Of a stretch of 64,000 bases of DNA, positions 33,796-49,323 are shown in pieces. The stretch is from NCBI RefSeq assembly GCF_009914755.1, contig NC_060930.1. One strand, 5' to 3'. The stretch is from the human T2T-CHM13v2.0 reference genome, Homo sapiens. The notes under the pieces are model-generated. The model was not told the origin of the DNA, did not search any database, and worked only from the letters and a program-made list of their open reading frames with translations. A program made the position numbers and the translations under genes. How positions within the stretch are numbered: position 1 is the stretch's first letter; every line of letters begins with the position of its first letter.

Positions 33796-35145
33796 CACAC
33801 CTTTGAATGCCTAACTACATATATTCTCTTCTTTATTTATCTTTACTTATGTGTCTACCTAATATGATGCAGATATATCCAAAACAGCAAAAAACACATT
33901 CAACTCCTCTCCCAAGAGAAACCAAAATGTAATCAGTTACTGCATCCAGCTTCAAGTCCAGAACTTCTGGGTAATGATGTTCATTCATCTCCCAGTTCAA
34001 TCATAATCCCATCTTGATATAAACTATGGATTACATTGTTCAAATTCATTACCACCACTTAATATAAAATAATGATGAGAAAGAAAAAATAAAAGGAAAA
34101 TTAGTTAAAATATAAATATGTATCATATTTTACCAATTTAAAATACATTTTTCCAATAATTTACCATGTCTGAAATCAACCAATGGCATCTTATAATTGC
34201 TATCAACTGGGTGGCAATTGTGATGTAATTCTCCTTGCCTTAGTATTACCTTAACTGATTTTTTAGAAAAATTTTAGTGTTTGCAGAAGAGTGACATGTG
34301 ATGGAAATTTGTGTCTAAAACCCCTACAATCTCTCTCTCGAGGTATAAAGTAAAAATTCTAAGTGAAAGCAAGCAGCATCACATCATAGTTCAGTGGGAA
34401 GTGTTTTTCTTTCATAGAAATAAAGGTACATAAATATGCCTTGGAGAGTCAATGAAATACAGTACATGATACAGAAAAAAAAGTGGGGGCAGATACTACA
34501 ATATACGTTTCTGCAATTGATTACAAATTGGCAGTTGCCATATAGCAACAAATTCCTTATTTCACCAGCCATCCCATGTTCCCTTTCCCTCCAGTCCACA
34601 TCTCGGATTGTCAGTATTCTTTCCCTGGTAGAGTGACCTAGACTTTTATTACTAAGGGATCAGAGCCAAAAGGTGGTCTTGTTTATGTAAGGTTGTTGCA
34701 ATCTTTCATTAAATTTTTATTGTAGACATGGCAGTGTGGAAGTTACCCCAGAGACCCTCTTTGTTCCACCCATACTCTTCCCTTCTAATCATTAGAAGCA
34801 ACACCATTTACTCTCTATAGACGTGATCAATCATTTAATCCAATAGCATAAACCATTTTATCCTGCTTACCAAGTTATTAGAAGATATAAGCATGGTCAA
34901 ATGGCAATCTCAGCTTCTTATTCAATGGAATACTGTTTCTCCCCTGGTGGATGCATCTTCTTTTTGAGGTACTAAAACCTCTAAACGAGCAAGGTTCAGA
35001 ATTACAGAAATGAGAAGTAAATAATTTGCAAATGGATCATTAGAAGTAACAATGAGTCACCAACTCCTACTTCCACAGCTTGGTTTTTAGGGTGTATTGT
35101 GGCTATGAGGGAAAAAGAGCAACATTTTTTGGTTGATATTTCAGA

Positions 35146-35336
35146 GCAGTGGCTCTCAAACTTTAACATGCACCAATACTTTTTTAGAGGGTCTGTTTAA
35201 ACATCAGTTGCTGTGCCCACTCCAAGACTTCCCAATTCAGTAGTTCTAGGATGAAACTAGATTATTTGCATTTCTCACAAGTACCCAAGTGATGCTGATG
35301 TTGCTGGTCTTGGGATCACCTTTTGAGAACTACTGG
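35146..35336. mobile_element. MER5A
   Basis: CAGTGGCTCTCAAACTT...TTGCATTTCTCACAAG...GATGCTGATG...TTTGAGAACTACTG. Confidence 0.85.
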
Positions 35337-35523
35337 TTCAGAGAATATAACACATTCTACAGGACAGTGCCACAATTTTGCATTTTGTCTTATAGCTGTT
35401 CGTCTATTTCTAGTTAATAAACATATGGTAAGCCATAAACATAAGCTCTACTGCTTATTTAATTAAAAATGGCTGTCCAGATAAAAAGTAATGTGTACAA
35501 GATACCATGATGGTATGTAAGTA

Positions 35524-35643
35524 AGATGCCTTTATAATTTGTCATCTGAACTGGGGTGCTTTTGAGGGTGATGAGGGCTACTAATTACACCAGGACAACA
35601 GCAACAAACTGGAACTGACTTGGGTGAACCAGATATGATCCCC
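35524..35643. mobile_element. hAT-Blackjack MITE (MER81/MER94-like)
   Basis: TATAATTTGTCATCTGAACTGGGG...TTTGAGGGTGA...AATTACACCAGGACAACAG. Confidence 0.55.
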
Positions 35644-35710
35644 CTTTGTAAGAGGTATTTAGTATATACAGGATGGTTGTACTAGCAAGTGTCAGACACA
35701 AATGTTAGGA

Positions 35711-36165
<455 letters not shown>

Positions 36166-36439
36166 TCAGAGGTTCAAGATTTATTTCTGCTGCTAGCAAG
36201 TTGGGCAATCAGCAGTGACAGCCAGCATTGGTGATGAAAGGTCCATATTGTTGAGCTTGTGCATACTCTGCATCCAAGTTGCTGTAGACACTTTGTTCAT
36301 GAGCCCGTTGAGTGAGCCCCAGGATCAATGGGGAAGAAGAATGACTAACATTTGCAGAGTGGATTATTTTGTCCACTGGTTTACTAAACCTCCACAGAGT
36401 TTGTTGTTGTTGTTGTTGTTGTTGTTAGCAGTTAAGATA

Positions 36440-37005
36440 TTTTTGACTTCAAAAAAATAAAAACCTTGGACAGTTGATATAAACCATTAAGAATTTATTA
36501 CTTCACATGTTAAAACGTTCTAAGATAGGGTGGTGCAAGAGGTAGTTGATTAGATAGCTCAACAATTTTATTAAGGATCCAGGTCCTTCCCATCTTTTTG
36601 CTTTGCCATCCTGAGCATATTACCTTAGCTTCTTTCATAGTCATAAGAAGACTAAGGTACTTCAGGAGAGACATCTTCACACTAACATCTAAAGGCAGAA
36701 AAGGGGACTATTTATTGTTTGCATTTTAATAGATAAAGAAACTCCCATTGAACTAACCCCACAGCAGACTCCCTTCAATTTCTCATTGGCTAAAATGGGG
36801 TTGTATGGCCCTTTTTGAGGCTCACGAGGGAAACAGAATCACCATGATCACTTAGATTCACTGATTCACCTGCAAGCATAGAGGTGTGGTCAGCCTTCTC
36901 TGGAGCATAAAGTCACATGGAGGAGCTTGGACACCTGTACAAATCTGAAGTTTTGTTCACAAAGAAGGGGTATAGCTATTGGATTGACAACCAATGTTGT
37001 CACAC
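36440..37005 (-). mobile_element. MLT1-type LTR
   Basis: AAGGATCCAGGTCCTTCCCATCTTTTTGCTTTGCCATCCTGAGC and TCTCATTGGCT motifs. Confidence 0.65.
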
Positions 37006-38893
37006 TTATATGAATCCCAAATGTCTTCGTATGATAGTCCCATTTTGAGACCCATCCAGATACTTGTCACCAGTCCTCTGGTCTTTATCTTTCCACTTCC
37101 ATGAAAATCTGACCAAACTATTTGTTACTGTCCATCAGCATTTCTCTCTTGCTGGAAAAATCAAGGACGATATACCACTCAAGCTCTGCATACTAGGATA
37201 ATTTTCCTTCTCCACCTTCACTTTGGTGGGACTGAGTGGAACTGAGTAGCACTTCAGTAATCTATTTTGTACATTTACTTTTAGTGATGCCAGCTTACTC
37301 TCAGAGCTATATGTAAACTATGCTAGTTTTCTTCAGTTAACTGGTAATGGAGAACTATTCATGAAGTCATGATGGTTGGCAGAGAGGTGGCGGTGTGGCA
37401 TGAGGATGAATGCCAGGAAGAAGAGCCATCAGTATTTGAAACTTGAGCTCTCAGGACATGCTCAGATGCACTCACATATATACTATTTCCACTCGAATAT
37501 GTCTGACTTTATAGCTGTGTAGATCAGATAACATTCACTTCATGATAGGCAGCTTGTGTTTCACAGTCATCTGGTTTCTATCTGGGCCCAGTATTAAGCC
37601 AAGTGCTATTCCTTCAAAGAAGTATGAATGGCTACTCACTGAAGAAGTTATAGCTTTGCTCTAGAACCCTGACGTTCCTGCTGCGAACTTCGTATTCACT
37701 CTTTCTGCAGACTCATTTGATTTTTGAGTACCACTGGTCCCACTGGGTCCTAAGGGCCATATAAAAAAAGCTGCAGCCTGGACCAGCTGGAGCATTCCTC
37801 TGGGCCCTACTCAAAGCTGTTAGCCTTTCAGATCACTCAAGAAAAGGAGCTGAAGGGCACACAAAATGAGACATATGTTGCTTCTAAAATCCAGAGACCA
37901 CCATCCCACATAGTACTTTTTCCTAGAGGTGGGAAATAAATTGTCCTTGACACTGAAAGTATAAACTCACATGTCATGCAACACTGGATCCCAAGAAACA
38001 TCATTGAATTATCATGAGATTTATTTCTACTTTCTGGCATGCATGGTCTTAATCTAAAATACTAGCCACTTGCTGTTCTCCAGAGTCATCAGAATGTTAT
38101 CTTCAGCATATCCCTGGATGATGAGATGACCAGGTTCCTTTAGAGCAACTTATGGCACAGAGAATGGAGAAGTAACATAACTCTGAGTTGAAAATATAGT
38201 TCTGCTGTTTTAGGTAAAGTCAAACTACTTCTGATGTGCTTTCTGTGTTTGCTGAAGCAGAAAAAAAAAAAAAAGGATTGTCCAGATGAACGCTGCAATC
38301 AATATCCCATAGTATGTCTTGATTCACTGTGATAAGGATACTACATTTGAAAGATCATATGTACTTGAAAGACAAGTTTCCACTTGACTTAGCCTACAGT
38401 TATCCCCTAGAATTATCTAAGACTGATCCATCTTTTGCACTGGCCAGCAGTTGAAGAATTAAGTGGGGATGTGATAGGAAGCACAGTGACCTTCAGCTCT
38501 ATGATTTCCCCAGGAATGTAGTGCAAAAAAATTACAATAATTTTTTCAATGAAGTATAACAGAATATTTTTTGATTTACTATTTTGACAGTGACGGTAAC
38601 CCCTGAGCTTTCACAAAGTCATTCTTAACCATGATAACTGTGTTAAACTCCATTCTATAGGTCAGAGGGTCAGTGTCAGAATTCTGCCATTTACTGAGGT
38701 TATTTTTACTAATAATATGCCCGGAAACTGAAAATAATCCTAGCGAGGGTTCAGAGGCTTATTAGAATGCATTTGTGTTCAGCGCAGTGGACCACTCTAA
38801 GTATTTTAAATACAAAGAGTCTTAAGACAGAGAATTAAGTGCTTATAAAATCATTGGAAAGACTGGGGAGGCAAGTATCAGAAGGGCACCATG

Positions 38894-39192
38894 GGCCAGG
38901 TGCAGTGGCTCATGCCTATAATCCCAGCACTTTGGGAGGCTGAGGTGGGAGGATCACTTTAGCCCAGGAGTTTGAGATCAGCCTGGGCAACATAGCAAGA
39001 CCCCCATCTCTATAAAAAAATTAAGCAATTAGCCGAGCATGGTGGCACGTCCCTGAAATTCCAGCTACTCAGGAGCCTGAGGTGGGAGGATCACTTGAGC
39101 CCAGGAGGTCAAGGCTGTAGTGAGCCGTGATCACACCACTGCATGTCAGCCTGGATGACAGAGCAAGACCTTGTCTCAAAAAAAAAAAAAAA
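38894..39192 (+). mobile_element. Alu (AluJ)
   Basis: Full dimer with A-tail. Confidence 0.96.
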
Positions 39193-39395
39193 GACCCTAC
39201 CAGAACGACTGAGTTAACGAACACAACACCAAAGCTACAGCCACTAATCCTGGAGTATTTTCCATTATTCAACTGAATTAGGCCCCTGGTGGGCTGCTCA
39301 TCTGTTTTTATCTTTGTAACTCCATTATATGTAAAAGATTTCTGGAGATGTTTGAAGGATGTATCATTTTGAATGCCATACCAGCTCTAGTGCTA

Positions 39396-39718
39396 TTATT
39401 ATTATTATTACTACTATTATTATTATTATTTTTGAGACAGAGTCTCACTCTGTCATGCAGGCTGGAGGAGTGCAATGGCATGATCTCGGCCCAGTGCAAC
39501 CTCCGCCTCCTGGGTTCAAGTGATTCTTCTGCCTCAGCCTCCCGAGTAGCGGGGACTACAGGCACGCACCACCACGCCCAGCTAATTTTTGCATTTTTAG
39601 TAGAGACAGGGTTTCATCATGTTGGCCACGCTGGTCTTGAACTCTTGACCTCAAGTGATCTGCCCGCCTCAGCCTCCCAAAGTGCTGGGATTACAGGCGT
39701 GAGCCACCATACCCGGCC
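39396..39718 (-). mobile_element. Alu (AluS) with (TAT)n tail
   Basis: TSD tcta(g/c)tgctattatt. Confidence 0.96.
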
Positions 39719-40889
39719 TCTACTGCTATTATTATAGGAGCATGCCCACCTTAACTTTGCCAGTTAGGTGCCACTACTTGTCCTTTTCCATCAGTGTCAC
39801 TGTTGAAATCAGGAGCCCTTTTCAACCACAGAGTATTCTCTTTTTACCCCAGCACATGAAAACCACCAAAATGCCTTTTAAGATACCTATGCAATTCTTG
39901 AGCCCCTGGTATAAAAAAGGTTTTCTGTGCATTTCTTCCTCCTTCTAGAGGAAGGAGACTGTTAGGGAATAAGCGTGTAGTTCACATGTGATAATCTACC
40001 CCAATATTCTCATCTCCATAACCTGTTGGCTTCCTTCACCTGTATTCTTACAAAAATGTCTAGCATTTCCTGTTCATTTGGAATGAAATACTACTGAGCA
40101 CAGCTCAAGAGAGCAAATAATTTACACAACTTGCAGCTGCTTAAGCCAGCACCTTAAATCCAGAATCTCCAATAAGTGTATCCCTATTGCTGAATTCTGT
40201 GTGATCTATAGTTATGCTCTTCCTTTCTTGGTCTAGTACTCTCAATCCATTTCCACACATATTCTCCATATTATGCCAGCATACCTTAGCACTCTTTCAA
40301 TTCCTTTGGTGAGAACATCTTCTGCTCTTGAATTTGGCTTTGCAGTTGAACTCCTGAGGCATATGGGATCTGAATCTACACGCAGTTCTGGTGATCTTGA
40401 GAGACAGTGGGAGTGGGATGTGAGGAGAAGTGACTTGCCTTGCGAAACCGTTCCCTAGACTTTCTCAAGTGAGAGTACTGAGAACCCCTGACAGTAACAG
40501 CATCATCAGACAGGAAGGCTCATTGGGCTAAAAATGGTAAAACCTGTGTGAAATTGGCCTCAAGAGTCTGCATGTTTATTATGTAACATAGTAAGGATTC
40601 TGAGGCAAGGTGGGCTTCAGCAGTGCTACATGCAGGTTCTGGCCCTGTTTTTCTTCAGTTCTCTTGTTCTGCTCTCTGGGAATTAGCTTTGTCCTCAGGA
40701 GGGAATCCCTCTTGGTTGTTAGGGTGGCCACCAGAGCATAACGCTTCCTATGTACATTCTGTAGGAGAGACATAATCCCAAAGCCACAGGATACAAGTCC
40801 TCCCATTCAGAGTGATTTGCCATTTCTACATTGTTAAGAGCCACCATGGAAACGGCATTCATTGGACAGCTTTCGAGGATGGGTTCCTG

Positions 40890-41517
40890 CGCTTATACAC
40901 TGTTGGTTGGAAGGTAAATTAGTTCAGCCACTGTGGAAAGGAGTTTGGAGATTTCTCAAAGAACTTAGAGCTACTATTCGACCTAGTAATCCCATTACAG
41001 GGTATATATCCGAAATAAATCATTCTGCCAAAAAAACACATGCACTCATATGTTCACCACAGCACTATTCACAATAGCAAAGACATGAAATCAACCTAGA
41101 TGTCCATTAACAGTGGACTGGATAAAGAAAATGTGGTACATATACACCACGGAGTACTACACAGCCATAAAAAAGAACAAGTTCGTGTCCTTTGCAGCAA
41201 CATGGATGCAGTTTATGGTCATTATCCTAAGCAAATTAATGTAGGAACAGAAAACCAAATACCACATATTCTCACTTATAAGTGGAAGTGAAACATTGAG
41301 TATTCATGGACATAAAGATGGCAATGATAGAAACTGAAAACTACTAGAAGGGAGAGGGAGAGAGAAAGGCAAGGGTTGAAAAACTGTTGGGTGCTATGTT
41401 CAGTACCTGGGTGATGGGATCAATTATACCCCAAACCTCAGCATCATGCAATATACCCAGATAAAAAACCTGCACACATACCCCCAAATCTAAAATTAAA
41501 GTTGGAAAAAAAAAAAA
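40890..41517 (+). mobile_element. L1PB-like 3' end
   Basis: GCTTATACACTGTTGG...GAGATTTCTCAAAGAACTTA...CCAAACCTCAGCATCATGCAATATACCC, A-tail. Confidence 0.92.
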
Positions 41518-41933
41518 GAAGATTGGGTTCCTGAACCAGTCACCAGCAAGGGAGAAGAAATTCACATGATGGTTCATTCTAATAACATTTACTCCTATAC
41601 ATAAGGATAGGTCAAATGCCTGAATAAAATTGGGGTTTCTATTAGGAAGGAGGAAGAGAAAAGGTCCATATGATGGAACATCTATTGAAGCTAAAAATGT
41701 TCTCTCTCATCCAGTAGGCAGAGAAGAATAACAGTAATATAGCATTTTAGGGCTAATGCTCAATCTTGGAAATACATGCATTAATATTTTGCTTTATATT
41801 TACTCTCCGTAGATAGCTCCACTTTGGAATAGTAGGGCTTTTACTTTCTGGTGGAAATTCTATTCTTTTTTTTTTTTAATCATTCACTATGACTAATTGG
41901 ATGTATATCTACAAAATGACTACCTGTTATTTA

Positions 41934-42246
<313 letters not shown>

Positions 42247-42438
42247 CAATTAATTGCAATTTCAGTTACAAACTAGTTGAAATGAAATAAGTGGGAGAAA
42301 AAAGTAGTGTGTGCATTTCTTTATATAGACCTTTTGATAAAACCTACACTTTCTAAAACAAGTTAACATTTTCCAAGTCTGGTGAATTTAAAATGGTTAC
42401 AAAATTGTTTACAACTTTTTTCATCAAGAGCTGGAGTT

Positions 42439-42748
<310 letters not shown>

Positions 42749-43146
42749 TCATTTTACCACCCCTTAAATTCAAGCTGTCCTTATAACTTGCTTTGACCAA
42801 TAGAATGCTGCAGAAGTGACGATTTGTGACTTCTGAATAAGACCTCAAGAGAACCTAGCAAAACAAATAAATCAGTCTTTTGGTGGGGGGGATTACTATT
42901 TCTGTAGTTCTTTCTTTATTTTATTTATTTGTTTGTTTGCTTATTTTTTCTTTCTTTTTGTCTTTTTTGAGCAAATAAATCGTTATTTTAAGCCACTAAG
43001 TTTTGAGGTAGTCTTTATGCAGTAATAAATAACTGATATACCAACCCTTTCATAAGGATTCATGTTCTATCATTTTACTGGGATTTGAAGTGTGTTGTTA
43101 TTCAACCATACTTAATTAGAAATCAAACATTATAGATAAAAGCTTT

Positions 43147-43227
43147 TTGAACTCTTAGCCTCAAGTGAGCCTCCCACCCAGCCTCCCAAAGTGCTGGAAC
43201 TACAGGCATAGGCCACCGTGCCCCACC
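43147..43227 (-). mobile_element. Tailless 3'-truncated Alu left arm
   Basis: Only the first ~80 nt of Alu, ending at GAGTTCAA; flanked by agataa(aag)cttttt repeats. Confidence 0.75.
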
Positions 43228-44181
43228 AGATAACTTTTTCAAAGAGGAATAACTTAAAAACTCAGTCCTATTTTATATGCAGAAAAACAAAAATAGCATA
43301 TAATCTCTATGGGAGTGAAATATAAGTATGTAACTTCACGCATCCCTGTAAAATATAATGCGATGGCTCAGAGCAGGGACTGGGAAAATGCTATTCCTCT
43401 CCTGTTTACTGCAAACGCTTTATGAGCCCCTACCATATGCTCTTGTATTATATCTGGTAGGTACTTTTGGGTGAGGGTTGTGTGGGGAAATGAAAGTGAA
43501 GTTGGGGAGGTGAAAGCTCCATTAATAAAATAAAATCCTTAACCAATTAAAATTTTAAAAATATATTTAATGTTATCTGTATCTCATTATTAATATGTAC
43601 ATCATATTCTAATGACCCATGTATTATTAGATAATACATGTATATAATTCATGAATAAAAATGTATCTCTGTTGAGCAAATGCTCAAAAATTTTTTATAC
43701 GCATATGTGAATGATCAAAAAATATAAAGGATGGGCTAGGAAACATGGTAGCCCTTTTAAGAGACAAATATAGAAGCAAACTATACCTGCCATGTAATAT
43801 AAATAAGCACACACATGCCTACCAGATATCATGTAACTGGCATGACAAAGTCACTGGGAAAAGGCATACCTATCTGTAATTATTGACCTACTCTGGGCTA
43901 TGACATTATACCAAACTCTTTGGAGGAATCAAAGATGAAATTAGAAGTTTTCTTGACTAACATCCAATTCTTTTGGAATTTCCCTTTGGGGGCATGTTAT
44001 TTTAGGGTCATTCTAAGGGTTCATGCCTATAATAAAATGTTATAAAAATATCCCTGGAGCTACCCTGCCCACTGGCTCATTTTCTGAGTGGACTCAACAG
44101 ACTGGTGGCCTGGGGTTTGTTCTGGGCCCCTTGCCTCAGGTGCACCCTGGTGTGACCTCACACACCACAAAACAGCCTAGT

Positions 44182-44493
44182 GTTCTGTTTTGTTTTGCTT
44201 TTTTGTTTTGAGACAAAGTCTTGCACTGTCGCCCAGGTTGGAGTGCAGTGGCTTGATCTCTGCTCACTGCATCCTCCGCCTCCTGGGTTTTCAAGTGATT
44301 GTCCTGCCTCAGCCTTCCGAGTAGCTGGGATTGCAGGCACCCGCCACCATGCCCGGCTAATTTTTGTATTTTTAGTAGAGACAGGGTTTCACCACGTTGG
44401 CCAGGCTGGTCTCAAACTCCTGACTTCAAGTGATCCTCCTGCCTCGGCCTCCCACAGTGCTGGGATTACAGGCTTGAGCCACCACGCCTGGCC
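44182..44493 (-). mobile_element. Alu (AluS)
   Basis: TSD aaa(ac/ag)agcctagt. Confidence 0.96.
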
Positions 44494-46913
44494 AAAAGAG
44501 CCTAGTTTTAAGCTAAGAGTTCATGGCGCTGGGGCATTTTATTCCTCCATTTGCCTAGCAGCTTCCACTGCAGATGTTTTCTTACCCTTCTGGCTATTTT
44601 CACCTTTCTTTCAGTGGCTTTTTTTTCCATTTTTAAAAATTCACAGGCTTCCTGTTTCTAAGTATTTACCACATTTCTGTTCATGCTTTTTCCCTGACTT
44701 TTATTTTTCACCCCTTCTTAGCCCTCTCTCCCAACCACATCTGTTTTACTCCCTTTCATTTTTTCCCCATTCCTTTATTCCCTGCTGTCCTGTTTTTCTT
44801 TGTTCAATTCAGAACATCAGCCGGAAGCTTCCCTGTTGCTAAGTAACCACATCACCCACACACACCCTTTTCCATTTTCAACTTATTTCTTCTGTTTTAA
44901 TAAACTCATGGGGCCGAACAGTCTCTAAAAGAAAACGAGAGGTGCTGCTGTCTTCTCTTCATGCAGCAGAGATGCATACCCTCTCATATCCTGCCTTTTC
45001 TTATTAGATTTTGGCTTCTTGTTTTATTGATAATTTGCCCCAGACTGTGAGATAACACTAAATAAGCACAAAATATCTTTTTGGGCTTGGACAATTTGCA
45101 GAAGGGAGGAAGAGATATAATTTCTGCAGAAGGAACAATGAAAATGTTTAAAATATAGTTACAAGGCATGGCATGGGCTCATTGAAGGGTGTTTGCCTTG
45201 ACCCCGGAACCAAATCCAGCCCTCCCTAGTAAAAGGTTTCCATTAGGGATCAAGTTAGCTAGCAAGTCCCTCTTAACATTGTTGAGTTGTGAGGAAGCTA
45301 CTAATGGCATGGTAAGTGTGATTTGCACAAAATGAAGGATAAAACAATACAAGAAATCATTATGTGGTTTTCCAAATCTCAATCCTTTTCCAGACATCAA
45401 TCTGACATGGCACTTGTGCCAAAGGCATAATTGGAGGTGTGTGAGCCCTTCTCACAATATGCTCTTGAGGGATTCCAAGTCTTCTGGCACATTTTAATAA
45501 TTTAATGGGAATGGTAACTCCATATGTCCAAACACTAGGGCAGAGTAACAGAGATACCAGGAGATTTGAAAAAAAATCTTTTCACCCTTGCAATACCATA
45601 AATAATTTCCTTGCCTGGTGTGAATTCTTTCTCTGACCTCTTGCATTTATGCAATGCCTGGGAGGCCTTTCCTGCTAAGCCCGCCCCCACATTGTTGCTC
45701 TCAGCTTTTTGCCCACAGTGAGCACTGTGCTAATTGGGTAGATTTGGGAGCTGCTTCTTAAGAAGTATCACGGCCGTCTATGTAGGTGTGTGTCCCAGCT
45801 CCTCTGGTAGTGCTCTGTGCTCTCTGTCAGGGAAGGGCTCGTATCCAGCATGTAATGAATACTCAATAAGTTGCCTTAAATTTAGCCACAGAACACAGAC
45901 ACTCTGACAAGGGGATTATTTTTAGTTTCATTTTCTAGATAGAAGAACAGTGGTTTTCTTCATATTGAAGTCTAAGTTCATCAATCAAAGTGCCAGAAAT
46001 GAAGCTGATGCATTTCCATCACTATCCTGAAATGCAGATGGAGCATTTCAGTAGAGGGAAATTTCAAAAGCTTTATTTGTCAAGACCTGTTGATATTCTG
46101 AAAGCAGAAACCCTGTAAGACTAAAACCTACTCTAAGGTATTCTAAGAATGCCTAGCCAGAACTGGAATTGGCAAGCTTTTTCTTTCTAGAATCTAGCCC
46201 CTTTGAGATGTTAGGTCTTCTGAGAGTTTCAGAAAGTTTTAACATAATTTCAACTTTTATCTTAGGGTAACCTCAACTGATGAAACATACATTTGAACCT
46301 CCTGGAATTTTTATTTTATGTGCCACTTACTTTAAATTATACAAAACCTTCACTGTCTTCCAGTATTCACTTCTCTTTTAACTTTCTTTTCTCAACTTGA
46401 GATATCAGGCAACGCCACCATGTCATATTTTCTTTTCTTACATTTTTGAACATCTAATTCCTTTTTTCCTTTCCGTCCTCCTCATCAATGTGGTCTAGTC
46501 TTATAGGGAACTTTTCTCTCCAATCACAATCCCCTCCTCTTCCACTTCTCGCTTAGCTACTCTTCCCACACCCCAAAAAGACTCTCGCTTTGTGATTCCA
46601 GTCCTGGAATTCTTTCCCTATTAGTGTCCTCTTCACTTCACTGCTTCCCTACCCCATGGAGCTCTCATGAGCCATCCCTTTAACCATTCTCTTCAGTATC
46701 TCAGTTCCCTTGCCCCTCATTGGCCTGGCAAATCCCCAAACTTCAATGAGTTCATCTTCATATCTCCCTGTCTGAGCCCAGGCTATCTCTCCTGGAGAGA
46801 GATCACAACTCTGCCATGGATGCCATTCCAACTCTGTGACCCCAAGTACTGGTCCCTCCAGGCTGGTCCCAGCAGTCCTCCTGGGTTTCCTTCTCATATT
46901 CCTCCTCATCTGC

Positions 46914-47217
46914 TTTTTTTTTTTTTTTTCTTTTTTGAGACAGGCTCTTACTCTGTCACCCAGACTGAGCTCATTGGAGCCTCAGCTCATTGCAGCCTCA
47001 ACTTCCCAGGCTCAGATGATCCTCTCACCACCTCAGCCTCCCCAGTAGCTGGGACTACAGGTGTGTGCCACCATGCCCAGCTAATTTTTGTATTTTTTGT
47101 AGAGATAAAATTTTGCCATGTTGCCCAGGATGGAATCAAACTCCTGGGCTCAAGCAATCCTCCCGCCTCGGCCTCCCAAAGTGCTGGGATTATAGCCATG
47201 AGCCACTGCACCTGGCC
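46914..47217 (-). mobile_element. Alu (AluJ)
   Basis: T-tail and diverged body. Confidence 0.94.
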
Positions 47218-49254
47218 TTACCTCATTCTTTTTAGCTCCTCATTCAATTCTACAGTGAGGAAGCACCAACACTTACTAAACTACTTCCTTTTTATTAAAC
47301 TTCATTTTCTGTTATTACAAAGAATGTGCTAATGAGATGCTTATGCATTTATTTTTGTTTATATATCTAAGTATTTCTGTAGGATACATAGAAATTTTTA
47401 GGTAAAGTGGCTTGAAATTTTTAGGTATAGGAGTTTTATACTTTTTGCTTGTAAATATATTTAAACATGTGCAAACTTTTATGTATTAAAATAGGCAAAA
47501 TACGTAAAACCTTAATTCACGGAACAGCAAATCTGAACCAATGAACATATATAAAGATACTCAAGCTCACTTATAGCCAGGAAAATAAAAATTAAACATT
47601 GCAATATCACTTTATAGCTACTAAACTGTCAAAAATCTAAAAGACCAATACAACCTATTACTGGTAGAAATATGGGAGAAAGAGTTGCTTTTTTGGGGGG
47701 GGGACGGGGGGGAAACAATCTGGCAGCATCTACTAAAATTTAAAAAACATATATAGACTTCAACCGACAAACCTACTAACTCTTAGAGTTCAATCCTATA
47801 AAATAGAAGGCCAAAAGGTCGGAATATATAGACAAAGATATCTTTGGGAATATTCATTTCTTCCTGCAAATATTTATTAAGTTCGGACTATATTGCCATC
47901 ACTTCACAGATGAACAAGGCACAGGCCCTGCCCTTAAGTTACTCACAGCCTGTCTGGAGACAGATGAGTACACAAGCAACTGGAGTTCATGAGCGAGGTG
48001 TCTAGAAGCAATCTGGGCCTGGGATGGAAGGCTGCAAAGACTTCACTGAAAAGCAAATTTGCAAGACTGTAAAATACAACATGCTTCCAAGGCCTTGGAT
48101 TAAGTTGTGTGGTCCAGGATAGCTGAACAGAGTAAAGATACCTGGATATAGGGAAAAGATAACCCATAAACTTTTCACGAAACAAAATTGTGTTAATAAA
48201 AGTCACAGGTACTCTAGTTACTCTAGTGGCAGTGGAGACAGAATATGAGATACACAATGAAAAAAGAACTTACTTTTTAGGAAGAGAATTAAAAGAGTCT
48301 ATTATTAAATGGTAGCCAAAATGCTGTTTTTCTCGTATACCTGGCACAGAACCTACTCTTGAAAGCTATGTGTTGAATCAATAAAGTATGACATGGGAAC
48401 AGCATATAAAAAGGTTTAGCTCAGATAAACTTGAATTCAGTCAATAATCTCACCTATTTAAGATTTTTCCTTGAATAGACTTTTTTCCTTCCTTCCTTCC
48501 TCCCTCCCTTTTCCCTACCATTTTTCAGGCGAAAGAAAGACTGGTCAAATAGGGGTTCTAAATCCTGTTAACCTCACTTTAACCCTGTTATTTCACCATT
48601 TAATGACAAGGCAAAACCATCAGCTCTTAAATCATGAACTTTAAATGCCAAAAACAGTGTTGAGAAATTTTTAAAATATGAGTGTTATATAGAAAAAGAA
48701 TGACTAACACTAAAAGCAAACAAAACAGGCAGTTCATTAGAAACCGGTAATATAGAATAGCCCCGATTTTGTACCTAACAGATCTCGGAAAGGGACTGAC
48801 AGCCCACAGAGAAACAAGAGCAGCACATCAAGACGAAGGCACATTTTCTTCCCAACTGCTGTCATTTAAGGAAAACCCATGAGCGTGAGTTCTCTTATGG
48901 GAGGGTAGCGACCTCCATGAAATCATGAGAACATTCCCCCAGTCTAAGTGCTGCCTGGCTTTACTCCCACATCAACAGCAAAACAACTGCATAGCAACCT
49001 ACATTTGCCCATTTCCTCACTCATTAATGTTTGTCCAGAGGAAACACCCCTGCCAGTCCCTGTCTGCTTTGTAAAGTATGTCAAACAGGAGTTGAGTGTG
49101 TACGCCAGATTGGGAAGTGACACATGCTGGCATTTCTCAGCGCATGCGGCTCCCCACTCGGCTTTCTGGAGCTCTGCCTTTTGGCGACAGAGCAGCTAGA
49201 GCTCCTCTCCCCTCCCCCATTTCCTCTCATAAAGATAACCAGTAACAACAATTG

Positions 49255-49257
<3 letters not shown>

Positions 49258-49323
<66 letters not shown>
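49258..49323. repeat. Compound (GT)n(GA)n microsatellite
   Basis: ~21 GT followed by ~12 GA units. Confidence 0.98.

Noticed and set aside
44180-44842. 220-aa ORF; likewise 46667-47332 (221 aa), 50711-51166, 39348-39737 and 55701-56111
   Set aside because: These are read-throughs of Alu sequence plus low-complexity flanks, giving typical Alu-derived peptides and no evidence of a gene.
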